Shown here piece by piece: positions 38,826 through 48,402 of a DNA stretch of 64,000 nt. Both the position numbers and the translations under genes were made by a program. The notes beneath the pieces are model-generated. The model was given only the letters and a program-made list of their open reading frames with translations, was not told the DNA's origin and ran no database searches. The stretch's first letter is position 1. Each line of letters begins with the position of its first letter. Source of the stretch: Spirochaetales bacterium (GTDB lineage: Bacteria > Spirochaetota > Spirochaetia > SZUA-6 > DRHE01); the NCBI GenBank assembly GCA_030615505.1, contig JAUWZD010000008.1:104-64103 (forward strand), given 5' to 3'.

Positions 38826-39593
38826 TTAAAAGAATAACGGAAAGTCAACCGTAAGGACCTCAGTGTAATCTCTAAATACTGCAACGGTATGCTCAAACTG
38901 GGCTGCTTTTGAACCGTCTGCAGTCATCATAGTCCATCCGTCAGCACCGGTCCTTATCCCTCCGCTTCCCAGGCTTACAGCGGGTTCTACGGTGATCACC
39001 ATACCGGGCGCAATCCGTATTCCCTCTCCCTCCTTTCCCACATGAGGAACATCGGGTTCCTCATGCAGGGACTGCCCGATGCCATGCCCCACAAATTCCT
39101 CTATCACCGTACAGCCGGAATATTTTGCAGAGCGGAGCACTGCAGCCCCTATATCCCCTATACGCTCACCGGTTCTTACTGCGTGCACGCCGGCTAATAC
39201 CGCTTTCCGGGCCGCATTATACAGTTGAAGAGAGTCTGAGCTGCCATGTCCAACTACATAACTCCACGCTGCATCTCCATACCAGCCGCTGACAGAAACA
39301 GCGACATCCACGGTCAGAATATCCCCCACTTTCAACCGGTATCCTGATGGAATCCCATGGGCCACTACCTGATTTATCGATGTGCAGATTGCTCCGGGAA
39401 AATGATTCTCCACTGCTGAAACCGCACCTCTTTTGCGTATAAAGTCTGAAGCAATACGCTCCAGCTCAACTGTGCTGATCCCTGGTTTTATATAATTGTA
39501 CAGATGCGCCAGGGTCTCTGAAGCGATACGGCAGCTTATTCTTATTGAGTCTACATCCCGGGAAGTTTTAAGGGGAATAAAGCGCTCCATCAA
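38826..39593 (-). CDS. map: Methionine aminopeptidase type I
   Basis: 255 aa. Metal ligand pattern (D..D..H..E..E) and the MAP type I fold are recognisable. Confidence 0.9.
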   Translation of the reverse strand: MMERFIPLKTSRDVDSIRISCRIASETLAHLYNYIKPGISTVELERIASDFIRKRGAVSAVENHFPGAICTSINQVVAHGIPSGYRLKVGDILTVDVAVSVSGWYGDAAWSYVVGHGSSDSLQLYNAARKAVLAGVHAVRTGERIGDIGAAVLRSAKYSGCTVIEEFVGHGIGQSLHEEPDVPHVGKEGEGIRIAPGMVITVEPAVSLGSGGIRTGADGWTMMTADGSKAAQFEHTVAVFRDYTEVLTVDFPLFF

Positions 39594-41258
39594 TCAGGTA
39601 TCCCCATAATAGAGAGAGAGATAATTTCTCATGACCTTATCCCAGGTATAATGCTCAATAATTTCGTAAAAAGCCTGCCTGCGCATTTTATCAAGATATT
39701 CCGGATTGTTACGATAATCCTCCATGCAGTGTACTATTGCCTCTGTCAGGGCTGAGGTTGAGTGCTCCTTATAGCTGTAACCATTGTAGCCATCCCGCAC
39801 CTTAATCAATCCTCCCACTCCGTGTACTACGGGAAGGTTTCCCATCATCTGGGCGAAAAAATCCGTTAATCCGCAGGGCTCGTAAAGTGATGGTATGAGA
39901 AAGAAATCACCGCCGGCATAGATCATCTTAGCTAAAGCGGAATTATAGCCGATCAGCACGCAGAGCTTCCCCCGTGACGGAGCCTCCCTGCATAATGTGA
40001 TCAGACTGCGCTCAATAGCTTTTTCACCCTGTCCCAGGATTAGAAAACGTGCCTCCACTCCTCGCAGCAGCAGTTCCGATATGGCTTGAGTCAGGATATC
40101 AACACCCTTCTGGCCTGTGAGTCTGCCTACAAAAGTAAAAAAAGGCACTTTGAACCCGCCTGATAGTGAGCCGAAACAGGACAGCCCCGCCAGTTTACAA
40201 CACATGCCCTGTCTCCCCCGCCTGTCCTCCCTGCCATGTCTGTCATGCCCGCTTCCCTGGTGCAATCCTTCACCGGAGCCCTTATCCAGCCGCTTTAAGA
40301 GCGCATCTCTGATCCTTCCCTTTCCTTTAAGCTCTCCTCTCAAAGGATCAAACGCATACGGGATGCCGGACTTTAAAGGATCTCGAGGATCAAAGGGCCC
40401 GGGATCTATGCCATTGGTAATGCCTGTAAGTTTAAATCCCCTTTCCCGGTATGCTCTTCCGAGCCGGCCGGTAAGCTCATCCAGCCCTCCGGGTGCGGAA
40501 CCGGAAAGGATCTCCCGTGCATATTCTTCGGAAACCGTATTCACTTTTGCATAGTAAGCGCCCAGGAGGAGAGGATCCACAGCCCGATTCAGGAGACCTT
40601 TTCCCAATACCTTTACATGCAGTCCGGTTAATTGCCCTGCAAAATTGATATCGTAGATCTCCTGATGATAGCCCATTCCTGCATTGTGAATGGTAATTAA
40701 TGCCCGGGTTCCCTTAAAATACTCCCTGTAGCGGGGAATTTCTCTCATCATGGCCGGAAGCACGGCGCTGTGCCCGTCATGACAGTGAAATACATCAGGT
40801 CTCTCTCTTAAGCGGTAAGCCAGCTCTAAGGCTCCCCGCTGAAGAATCATATTAAGGTGGTGAGAATCCCAATGGCCGGATCCCTCCTTCATCTCCGGAT
40901 TCTCAAGCTCATCCAGCTCTGTATATGTATAGACTGATCTTTTTGATCGAGTTCGGTCAGATCCAAGCAGAAATATCCGGACACCCTCCTGCATTGACTC
41001 ATAAACTTCAATCTGCTCCGAAGCTGAGATTGAAGAGTAATTATGAGCCGGCAGGTCAAGTGAAATGGTTATGGGAATCTTTTGTGCTTCAAGATCCCGT
41101 ATTTCGAGGAAGCCGTACAGGAGAAGAACAACCGTAGTGGGAATACCCTCCGCTGCCAGGCTCTTTGCTAACCCGGCTACTACATCCTTGATGCCGCCCG
41201 CTTCAGCTATTCCGCCGTATTCCCGGGATATATGCCAGATTCCTCTCTCTAACTGCAT
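39594..41258 (-). CDS. glgA: Glycogen synthase GlgA (GT5) with an internal low-complexity insertion
   Basis: N-terminus SREYGGIAEAGGIKDVVAGL. C-terminal GT-B domain. About 45-aa Gly/Arg/Ser-rich insert (GSGEGLHQGSGHDRHGREDRRGRQGMCC...) encoded by a C-rich segment. Confidence 0.85.
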   Translation of the reverse strand: MQLERGIWHISREYGGIAEAGGIKDVVAGLAKSLAAEGIPTTVVLLLYGFLEIRDLEAQKIPITISLDLPAHNYSSISASEQIEVYESMQEGVRIFLLGSDRTRSKRSVYTYTELDELENPEMKEGSGHWDSHHLNMILQRGALELAYRLRERPDVFHCHDGHSAVLPAMMREIPRYREYFKGTRALITIHNAGMGYHQEIYDINFAGQLTGLHVKVLGKGLLNRAVDPLLLGAYYAKVNTVSEEYAREILSGSAPGGLDELTGRLGRAYRERGFKLTGITNGIDPGPFDPRDPLKSGIPYAFDPLRGELKGKGRIRDALLKRLDKGSGEGLHQGSGHDRHGREDRRGRQGMCCKLAGLSCFGSLSGGFKVPFFTFVGRLTGQKGVDILTQAISELLLRGVEARFLILGQGEKAIERSLITLCREAPSRGKLCVLIGYNSALAKMIYAGGDFFLIPSLYEPCGLTDFFAQMMGNLPVVHGVGGLIKVRDGYNGYSYKEHSTSALTEAIVHCMEDYRNNPEYLDKMRRQAFYEIIEHYTWDKVMRNYLSLYYGDT

Positions 41259-41325
41259 GGGACCCTCAATCAGTTATGTTCCCGGCAGAAGCGAATAATT
41301 AAGTGAATGAGTGTACCAGTGAAAC

Positions 41326-41703
41326 TCATGGATGAATCCGTATTCCCGGTTCCTGCAAATCCGGTCTTAAGGCCTCGGCACCGTCAAGGTAAACGGAACA
41401 TGGATATGCTTTTTTCTCAGTATTGTAGGTTAAAAGAACCCTTATTATCCCATTAAGAGAACCTTCTATATCAGCCTCCTGCACACAGAATAGCGGTACT
41501 TCCCTAAAGCCATGATTCCTCAAGCCCGCAGCCGGGTTTGCCTTGTTGAGATCTTTTGTAACCGAATAAATGACACTTATAATATCTTGCTCGGGGATTG
41601 CATTCTGTTTAAGCACTGTACTCACAAGTTTTACTGAGGCCTGAAATATTGCTTCTTCTGTATTCTCAGGCACTTTTATAGCACCCCGGACTGCTCTTAT
41701 CAT
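41326..41703 (-). CDS. aroH: Chorismate mutase, AroH class
   Basis: MIRAVRGAIKVPENTEE... parallels B. subtilis AroH (MMIRGIRGATTV...). Confidence 0.8.
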   Translation of the reverse strand: MIRAVRGAIKVPENTEEAIFQASVKLVSTVLKQNAIPEQDIISVIYSVTKDLNKANPAAGLRNHGFREVPLFCVQEADIEGSLNGIIRVLLTYNTEKKAYPCSVYLDGAEALRPDLQEPGIRIHP

Positions 41704-41723
41704 GCCTATTCTTCACGCTCTCT

Positions 41724-42890
41724 TCAAATAACGGCTCGTATAATTTTTTCCCTCTCCTCTAAGGAGAGCTCTTTTGGATTGCCGGACATGCTTGAACCGG
41801 AAGATCGCATGGCAATTTCCGCTGCCTGATGGGTTGGAATAGAGTATTCCCTCAAATTTTCCGGTAAGCCATAGAGTTTGAAGAGCTTCCCAATCTCTTC
41901 TTGAAGCCACTGCACTGCATCATATCCTTTAGGAATTCCATACCCCTGATCCTGCAGGGCCTCTCCTGCCAGGACTTCACAATCCTTCCGGATGTATTCG
42001 GCATTGGCTTTAAGAACCGGGCGTATAAAAACAGCGCAGATCAGGCCGTGCGGAATATCATAAAGCCCTCCCAGGCCGGAAGCAAAACCGTGAGCCGCGC
42101 CCAGGCCCGAATTGGCCAGGGCAAGACCGCTTATCATAGCTCCGTAGGCAGCGCCGGTTCGTGCGTTAAGGTCTTTCGGATTCTGAGGTAGATCTTTTAA
42201 GGCTTTAAGCATAAAGGGAAAGGCCCTCGTAATTAGAGAGCGTGTAATGAGTTTTGCTTTGCGGGAAACAAATGATTCGATCAACTGGGTCAAAGCGTCC
42301 ATCCCGGCCGTACCGCTTATATTGAGGGGACATTCCAAGATGATCTCGGGATCTACTACAGCACAGGAGGATAAAAGACAGGGAGAGCGAAGGCTGCGCT
42401 TGAGTCCCAGGGCCTTTACTTTTATTACTGCATTTTTTGTCACCTCAGCTCCGGTTCCTGATGTGGTGGGAACCGCAATCCAGGGAATTCCCGGAGCCGT
42501 AATTGCCTTCGGTTCCTGGCAGGCACCCTCTAAAAAATCATCAACTCTTTCATTCAAAGGCAATAGCCCGGATAATGCCTTGGCGGTATCAATCACCGAT
42601 CCGCCGCCGACTGCCAGCATTACATCGGGCCCCTGCTCCCTAGCTTCCATCAACAGCTCTTCAAGTCCTTCACTGGTCGGCTCTCCTCCGGGACATGTAA
42701 GATGGGCATGCTTAAAATCTTTTAGAAGCGAATAGAACTCACTCTTCCATGAAGATTGGTTAAACCATCTCTTCCCGGTAATCAGGAGAACGCGGCGGCC
42801 ATATTTCCCAATCATATCAGGGATCCGAGCTCTCATTCCCGGGCCAAAAATGATGGCCTCAGGCTGTTCATAGACAAATCTCTGTATCAT
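41724..42890 (-). CDS. Iron-containing alcohol dehydrogenase family protein
   Basis: GGGSVIDTAKA NAD-binding motif. His-rich metal site. 388 aa. Confidence 0.85.
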   Translation of the reverse strand: MIQRFVYEQPEAIIFGPGMRARIPDMIGKYGRRVLLITGKRWFNQSSWKSEFYSLLKDFKHAHLTCPGGEPTSEGLEELLMEAREQGPDVMLAVGGGSVIDTAKALSGLLPLNERVDDFLEGACQEPKAITAPGIPWIAVPTTSGTGAEVTKNAVIKVKALGLKRSLRSPCLLSSCAVVDPEIILECPLNISGTAGMDALTQLIESFVSRKAKLITRSLITRAFPFMLKALKDLPQNPKDLNARTGAAYGAMISGLALANSGLGAAHGFASGLGGLYDIPHGLICAVFIRPVLKANAEYIRKDCEVLAGEALQDQGYGIPKGYDAVQWLQEEIGKLFKLYGLPENLREYSIPTHQAAEIAMRSSGSSMSGNPKELSLEEREKIIRAVI

Positions 42891-42995
42891 AATGGGAACT
42901 TTCTTTAGCCAGTATAACAGCCACGGGGAAAGACTGTCAATTTAAACCCTTAAGCTCCAAGATGCTTAAGTCAATCAAGCCGTCCGGTATACTCC

Positions 42996-43325
42996 TTATA
43001 GCTGAAACCAGGCTGAGAGGAATTTAAAGGCAAGTAATAAAAAATAGCAGAACACAACGGAGGTAAAGGTAAGTATAAGTTTTAAAACCTGCTTTTTTTT
43101 CTGCTGCATAATGAAAATTAATGCGATATGAAACATTCCGAAAACAACCTCTAAAAGCAGACTGATTTCCAGCAAATCAAGAAGTAAAATATGGCTGGAG
43201 TCAAGAAACTCTTGAAAATTCCCCAAAAGGTAGAGGGAGAGCAGTATGAGTGATTGAATAAAGAAAAAAATCGTACCCCTGCTGACCAACTGATAGAGAG
43301 TGGCCAGTAGAAAAATTCTTATCAT
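42996..43325 (-). CDS. Small hypothetical membrane protein
   Basis: 109 aa with 3 predicted TM helices. Confidence 0.45.
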   Translation of the reverse strand: MIRIFLLATLYQLVSRGTIFFFIQSLILLSLYLLGNFQEFLDSSHILLLDLLEISLLLEVVFGMFHIALIFIMQQKKKQVLKLILTFTSVVFCYFLLLAFKFLSAWFQL

Positions 43326-43415
43326 GCAGGAGAATTATACACCGTATTAATTAACTGGTCAGGTAGTGTTCTTGCAATTTAACTTAAATTACGTATTATG
43401 GAATGAGAAGAGGTA

Positions 43416-44294
43416 GTGATGAAAAAAATTATTATAATTCTTATTATTCTTCTACTGACCGGAGGTTGTATATTTTACTTCGGCTGGATTCAGATCCTGC
43501 TTCCTCCTGAAACCTATGCGGTTATCTTTACAAAAATGGGCGGCTATGACAGTCATGTAACGGAGCCGGGTGTCTTCACATGGCGATGGGAAAGACTTAT
43601 TCCCACCAATATGACCGTATTTAAATTCGACCTGAAACCCTATACATCTGAGGTATCTTATAAAACCACTCTGCCCTCCGGCGAGCTCTATGCATCGATA
43701 TTGCCCGAAAATCCCGATTTTGACTTTGAGGCCGCAGTTGCTGTGGAGTTCAGATTAAAGCCTGAGAGTCTTCCGGATATGGTTGCTAATGATAAACTAA
43801 AGCCGGAAACACTTTCTGAGTACTATGAAAAAACTGCAAAAGCACTTACACCGAAAATAATGGAGCTTTCCCTTCAAAGAGATAAACAGGGCTCCCAGGG
43901 CAGTGTCCTGCCTGATATAAAATGGGATAAAAGGCTCATTACAAAGCTTGAGGAATTTTATCCGGATATCGAGGTGCTTAGCCTCCATACCCGGGTATTG
44001 AAGATTCCGGACCTCGAACTGTACATGCTGGCTAAAGAATCCTACCTGAAGCTGCTTAAGACCCGGGAAGACTCCATGAACACTGTTGCCGCCCAGCTGG
44101 CTGTTGAGCAGGAAAGGGCAAAAGCCCAGGTACAGAGCGAGCGAGCCAGGCTTAAGCTTATTAGCGAATACGGCGAACTATTTACCAAATACCCTGTCCT
44201 CCTAAAGCTGTACTATATTCAGAAGGCTTCAGGAGCAGAAGGATTGGATATTCCGGAGCTTAAAGACTTAAAAATTCTCGAAGAATCAGAATAA
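43416..44294 (+). CDS. SPFH/Band-7 (prohibitin-like) membrane protein
   Basis: N-terminal TM helix. SPFH-like segment (…YAVIFTKMGGYDSHVTEPGVFTWRW…). C-terminal coiled coil (AAQLAVEQERAKAQVQSERARLKL). Confidence 0.6.
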   Translation: MMKKIIIILIILLLTGGCIFYFGWIQILLPPETYAVIFTKMGGYDSHVTEPGVFTWRWERLIPTNMTVFKFDLKPYTSEVSYKTTLPSGELYASILPENPDFDFEAAVAVEFRLKPESLPDMVANDKLKPETLSEYYEKTAKALTPKIMELSLQRDKQGSQGSVLPDIKWDKRLITKLEEFYPDIEVLSLHTRVLKIPDLELYMLAKESYLKLLKTREDSMNTVAAQLAVEQERAKAQVQSERARLKLISEYGELFTKYPVLLKLYYIQKASGAEGLDIPELKDLKILEESE

Positions 44295-44296
44295 AC

Positions 44297-44803
44297 GTGA
44301 ACAGAGAATATTTCTACAGTTTTGATAAGCTGGCCTATGTAAAAGGAGCTAAACCCAAAGGATGTATCCTGTGTCTGATCCGTGACCAGGACCCTAATGT
44401 TATTGACTTAAGTATTTACAGGGATGATCTGTTCATTACAGTGGTCAATTTATATCCCTATAATCCAGGCCATCTTATGGTCTTTCCGGTGCGGCACATT
44501 GAGGATATCCGGCAGTACACTTTACAGGAGGAAAAGATGCTCTCCAAACTGAAACGATACCTGCTGGATATAACGGACAATCTATTTGAGCCGATTGGCT
44601 ATAATATCGGCTATAATATGGGTCAACCTGCCGGCGCCTCTATATCTCATCTGCACCTTCATATTATTCCCCGTTATCCGAGTGAACTGGGTATCTCTGA
44701 TTTGATTGCCGGGAAGCGTGTTTTAGTGGAAAACCCCCGGGAAACAGCCAGGAAGTTTCGTGAAAAAATAGCTCAGGATGCTTTTTCGATAATGCGAAGC
44801 TGA
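44297..44803 (+). CDS. HIT-family nucleotide hydrolase/transferase
   Basis: Histidine triad HLHLHIIPR. Possibly a GTG start at 44297. Confidence 0.75.
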   Translation: MNREYFYSFDKLAYVKGAKPKGCILCLIRDQDPNVIDLSIYRDDLFITVVNLYPYNPGHLMVFPVRHIEDIRQYTLQEEKMLSKLKRYLLDITDNLFEPIGYNIGYNMGQPAGASISHLHLHIIPRYPSELGISDLIAGKRVLVENPRETARKFREKIAQDAFSIMRS

Positions 44804-46557
44804 TCAAGAAGGTTCTGGAAATCGGCAATAATATCTGAGGCCGCCCTTAAAAGATGGGCCAGGGTCTGGTTTTTCCCCTTGTGATAATGAATGGTTTTCA
44901 GTATGGATTTGACATTCTCAATAGGGCTTGTGGAAAGCTCATCAAAGATCTTCTTAATTCCTAAAAGGTTTTCTTCTCCTCGATCAAGAAGCTCTTTAGC
45001 TTCCCTGTCTTTTTGGACAATAAAGTTATTATACATCTTCTGCTGGGTGAGATCGGTTGATATGCGGTGGCGGTAGCGTGTCAATGTTTTTCCGTCATCT
45101 TCATCCGGTGATAAGGAGCGATCAAAAAGCACAATTTTGGCCTCCAGCTCTTCTAAACCTGCTGCATGCTGCATCAGCCTGGCCTGAATTATCCGATTGT
45201 TGGAAAGCGCATAGGCATTTACTATCTGGACCACATCCTGTATATACCCTTTATACACTTTTGAAAGGTAATTGTAGAAAAGAACCATGGATTTTGTGTA
45301 GGCAAAGTAGGAAAGCCCGATTTTTCTGAAATCAAAACTCGGTTTATCATTATAGTAGAAAAGCTCCAGTAGTTGATCCGTTTTAAAGATTTCCTTGATC
45401 TTTCGATCCACCACATTTCTCTTTATTTCAGTCATTTTTTCATCAAGCTGGTCGAGGAGGGATTTCTTCATGGCGGTTGTATAGATTGATCTAATCTGTA
45501 AGCGGGGAATATTAAAAACAAGTTTGTAATAGGGATCCTTTCTGAAATACTGAACTAAATCAAGGACAGGTACTTTGTGGTCAAAATTAATAGCGGTATC
45601 AATCAGCTTGGTAAGTGCGCTGCTCAGATCAAGCACTTCATGTTCGATTTCCTGGTTATCCAATTCATCGGCTTCCTCAAGGCCTCTTCCCCGGAGGTGG
45701 AGGCAGTAGTAGGTTAAAATCTCCTCATGGCAGAACCAATCCCTGGGGAGTTTCAGGGCTAGATAGATCGCATAGTAGAGCCTTTCCAACTGATCCAGCA
45801 TGAGCATGGCCGGTGCATGGTTAAAGTACGGATAATTATCCTCCAGCCTGTCTCCCAGGAAGTAATTGAAATGCCTGAAAAGAGATGAAAAGGAAAATAA
45901 AACCAGATTCTTAAGATATATAAGAGGTCTTATTCCCTCTTCCATCAGAGAAAACTGCTTATCCGGTATCTTTCTCTGATAATCATTGAATCTGCGAAGA
46001 AGCTGCCTTTTTATCTCTTCCTCATAACCGCTCCGGGCATAGATATCTTCCATTTCATCAAGTGTCATGAGATCTTTAATATCTTTCTTAGCGCCTTCAT
46101 ATTTTTTATTGAATAGATTGATTATAACGGAATCCCGAAAATCCGGATCCCGGTTGAAAAACTTGTAGAGTTCCTGCAGTGGAAAAACAGCAGCATAGAG
46201 ATCATATACATTCTGAGCAAACTTGGATGTCAGATTCCGTGTCTCAAAACCGGAAAGGCCTGCTGTCCTCTGTTTGATTCTGCGCTTCAGATCAGCAAGT
46301 TTCATGTTTATAAAGATGTCGCGTTTGGATCTGCCGGTGAAGAAATGCTTCAGCCAGAGAATGAATAGACCCCACCTGGAAATTTGAAGCATCTCTTCTG
46401 AAATGAGGCGTTCCCGCTCATCTTTATTGAGTTCGACCCGGATAATTTCCTCTCTCTCTTCCCTTGCTCTATTCTTTGAGATCTTGGCCAGCAGCTCCTT
46501 ACGTTCCTTCTCAGGAAGTTCGGAAGACAGTTCTTCAAGCTTTGTTTTTTCAAGCAT
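44773..46557 (-). CDS. Hypothetical 594-aa protein
   Basis: Long intact ORF. The start overlaps the thiN stop by 8 bp. Acidic/coiled-coil N-terminus. No family recognised. Confidence 0.6.
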   Translation of the reverse strand: MLEKTKLEELSSELPEKERKELLAKISKNRAREEREEIIRVELNKDERERLISEEMLQISRWGLFILWLKHFFTGRSKRDIFINMKLADLKRRIKQRTAGLSGFETRNLTSKFAQNVYDLYAAVFPLQELYKFFNRDPDFRDSVIINLFNKKYEGAKKDIKDLMTLDEMEDIYARSGYEEEIKRQLLRRFNDYQRKIPDKQFSLMEEGIRPLIYLKNLVLFSFSSLFRHFNYFLGDRLEDNYPYFNHAPAMLMLDQLERLYYAIYLALKLPRDWFCHEEILTYYCLHLRGRGLEEADELDNQEIEHEVLDLSSALTKLIDTAINFDHKVPVLDLVQYFRKDPYYKLVFNIPRLQIRSIYTTAMKKSLLDQLDEKMTEIKRNVVDRKIKEIFKTDQLLELFYYNDKPSFDFRKIGLSYFAYTKSMVLFYNYLSKVYKGYIQDVVQIVNAYALSNNRIIQARLMQHAAGLEELEAKIVLFDRSLSPDEDDGKTLTRYRHRISTDLTQQKMYNNFIVQKDREAKELLDRGEENLLGIKKIFDELSTSPIENVKSILKTIHYHKGKNQTLAHLLRAASDIIADFQNLLDQLRIIEKAS

Positions 46558-47197
46558 CCTGAAGCTCCGGTAAGGTTCGAATCATCAATATTTTCCCATG
46601 TCCAACACAAACCCGCCCCTGATCGGCAGTAATAATATTGCTGATGCCTGCCTCCCCCCTCTTCCAGCATAATCCGTCTAAAGACCATTTCAGGCCCTCA
46701 GAGTGCATGTCTCCCGCTTCATCTCCTAAAGGGAAAAACGAAACCGTCTGGCCCTTCCAGTTTTCAAATTCCATCTCGCTGTTAATCACCTGTATGTGTT
46801 CACGCGCCGTGAACCATGCATAAGGATAGTAGTCTCGCTCAAACAAGCAGATAATGCCCAGCAAATGATCCAGGCGCCCGCCGCCTCCACCCATTAAAAT
46901 AACCCTTTTGAAACCCATCTCCTTAAACATGTTTAATCCAATTTCCAGATCCGTTTCATCCTTATCTTCAGGGAATTTCTTAAGCTTCTCAGGAGACAGA
47001 GACTTAAAGCGTTTGCTTTTAGCAATTGAGTCCAGATCACCCACTAACAGATCCGGTTCGAGGTTCAGCCTGCAGGCCAGATCAAAACCGGAATTTGCCG
47101 CAATAATATAACGCACGGAATCCAAAACTCTTTCAATATACTGAATTGTTGGTCCCTCACCGCCGATCAATAGGAGCCCATTCTCTTTTACACTCAT
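46550..47197 (-). CDS. thiN: Thiamine pyrophosphokinase
   Basis: LMGGGGGRLDH motif and C-terminal thiamin-binding domain. Confidence 0.85.
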   Translation of the reverse strand: MSVKENGLLLIGGEGPTIQYIERVLDSVRYIIAANSGFDLACRLNLEPDLLVGDLDSIAKSKRFKSLSPEKLKKFPEDKDETDLEIGLNMFKEMGFKRVILMGGGGGRLDHLLGIICLFERDYYPYAWFTAREHIQVINSEMEFENWKGQTVSFFPLGDEAGDMHSEGLKWSLDGLCWKRGEAGISNIITADQGRVCVGHGKILMIRTLPELQDA

Positions 47198-47346
47198 ATA
47201 TGCGAAATTTTATACCCTTTTATGATAACTTTCAATATAAAAACGGAGCTTAAAAATAAACAGCTTTCATTTTTTTTTGAAATACCGAGGATAAAAACAG
47301 GCACAGCGGACAAGGATGTCCGTAATAAACAATCAAGGAGGATTGT

Positions 47347-48219
47347 ATGATCATCAATCACAACATGAGTGCCATCTTTGCTCACCGTCAGCATAAGTTT
47401 AACAGTCGCGCTATAGACAAGGACATGGAAAAGCTGTCCTCCGGTATGCGGATCAACCGTGCCGGGGATGACGCCTCCGGTCTGGCGGTCTCGGAGAAGA
47501 TGCGGTCACAGATCCGAGGGCTGCGCAGGGCGGAAAAGAATGCCATGGACGGCATCTCTTTCATCCAGACCACCGAAGGCTACCTGCAGGAGAGTCAGGA
47601 CATACTCCAGAGGCTCAGGGAGCTCGCGGTTCAGGCATCCAACGGGATCTACTCAAACGAAGACAGGATGCAGATCCAGGTCGAGGTATCCCAGCTCATC
47701 GATGAGGTTAACCGCATCGCATCACATGCCCAGTTCAACAGCATGAACCTGCTGACCGGCCGATTTGCCCGCTTTACCGGCGAAAACGTAGTTACGGCCA
47801 GTATGTGGTTTCACATCGGAGCAAATATGGATCAGAGGGAGCAGGTGTTCATCGGTACCATGACGGCTCAGGGTCTGGGACTCCAGGATGTAAACGGACC
47901 TCCCCATACCGCTACATTCATCTCACTTTCATCGCCTGACAGGGCAAATATGGCCATAGGTATGATCGATGAAGCTCTCATGAAGATCAATAAGCAGCGA
48001 GCTGATCTGGGAGCCTATCAGAATCGTCTTGACATGGCCACCCATGGTCTGGCCGTTGGTGCTGAAAATCTCCAGGCATCAGAGTCCCTAATCAGGGATA
48101 CGGATATGGCTGAACAGATGGTAGAATTTGTCAAGAACCAGATTCTGATACAGTCTTCTACCGCCATGCTGGCTCAGGCAAATACCAAACCTCAAACTGT
48201 ACTTCAACTGCTCCAGTAA
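47347..48219 (+). CDS. flaB: Flagellin (spirochete periplasmic flagellar core protein FlaB-like)
   Basis: [15 protein letters not shown]...[28 protein letters not shown]-terminus. C-terminal [22 protein letters not shown]. 290 aa with no hypervariable domain. Confidence 0.95.
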   Translation: MIINHNMSAIFAHRQHKFNSRAIDKDMEKLSSGMRINRAGDDASGLAVSEKMRSQIRGLRRAEKNAMDGISFIQTTEGYLQESQDILQRLRELAVQASNGIYSNEDRMQIQVEVSQLIDEVNRIASHAQFNSMNLLTGRFARFTGENVVTASMWFHIGANMDQREQVFIGTMTAQGLGLQDVNGPPHTATFISLSSPDRANMAIGMIDEALMKINKQRADLGAYQNRLDMATHGLAVGAENLQASESLIRDTDMAEQMVEFVKNQILIQSSTAMLAQANTKPQTVLQLLQ

Positions 48220-48243
48220 TCCGTCAACATCGGCGTGCAATAA

Positions 48244-48272
48244 AAAAGCCCCTTGCCAGGGGCTTTTTTAAA
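48244..48272 (+). terminator. Rho-independent terminator of flaB
   Basis: AGCCCCTTGCCAGGGGCT hairpin followed by TTTTTT. Confidence 0.85.
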
Positions 48273-48402
48273 AAAAGGCGCGGGGTCCTGCAGAAACCCC
48301 AACTGCTTAGGAATATTTACATATTATACCTGCAAATTGACGATCTTGTACATTAAGCATCAAACCTGTTATATAATCACTATTGTAACAGACCGCTTAA
48401 TA

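Noticed and set aside
40117-40554. 145-aa Pro/Ser-rich + ORF
   Set aside because: Antisense to glgA. Its odd composition simply reflects the C-rich insertion noted in the findings.
42247-42735. 162-aa + ORF
   Set aside because: Antisense to the Fe-ADH gene.
47200-47346. Sigma28 promoter for flaB
   Set aside because: CCGAGGATAA resembles the -10 but has an insertion. There is no TAAA at -35 with 15-bp spacing. Left as an open question, not called as a feature.
47459-47907. ORFs overlapping flaB in other frames
   Set aside because: flaB is unambiguous. The alternatives are Arg/Ser-rich frame artefacts.
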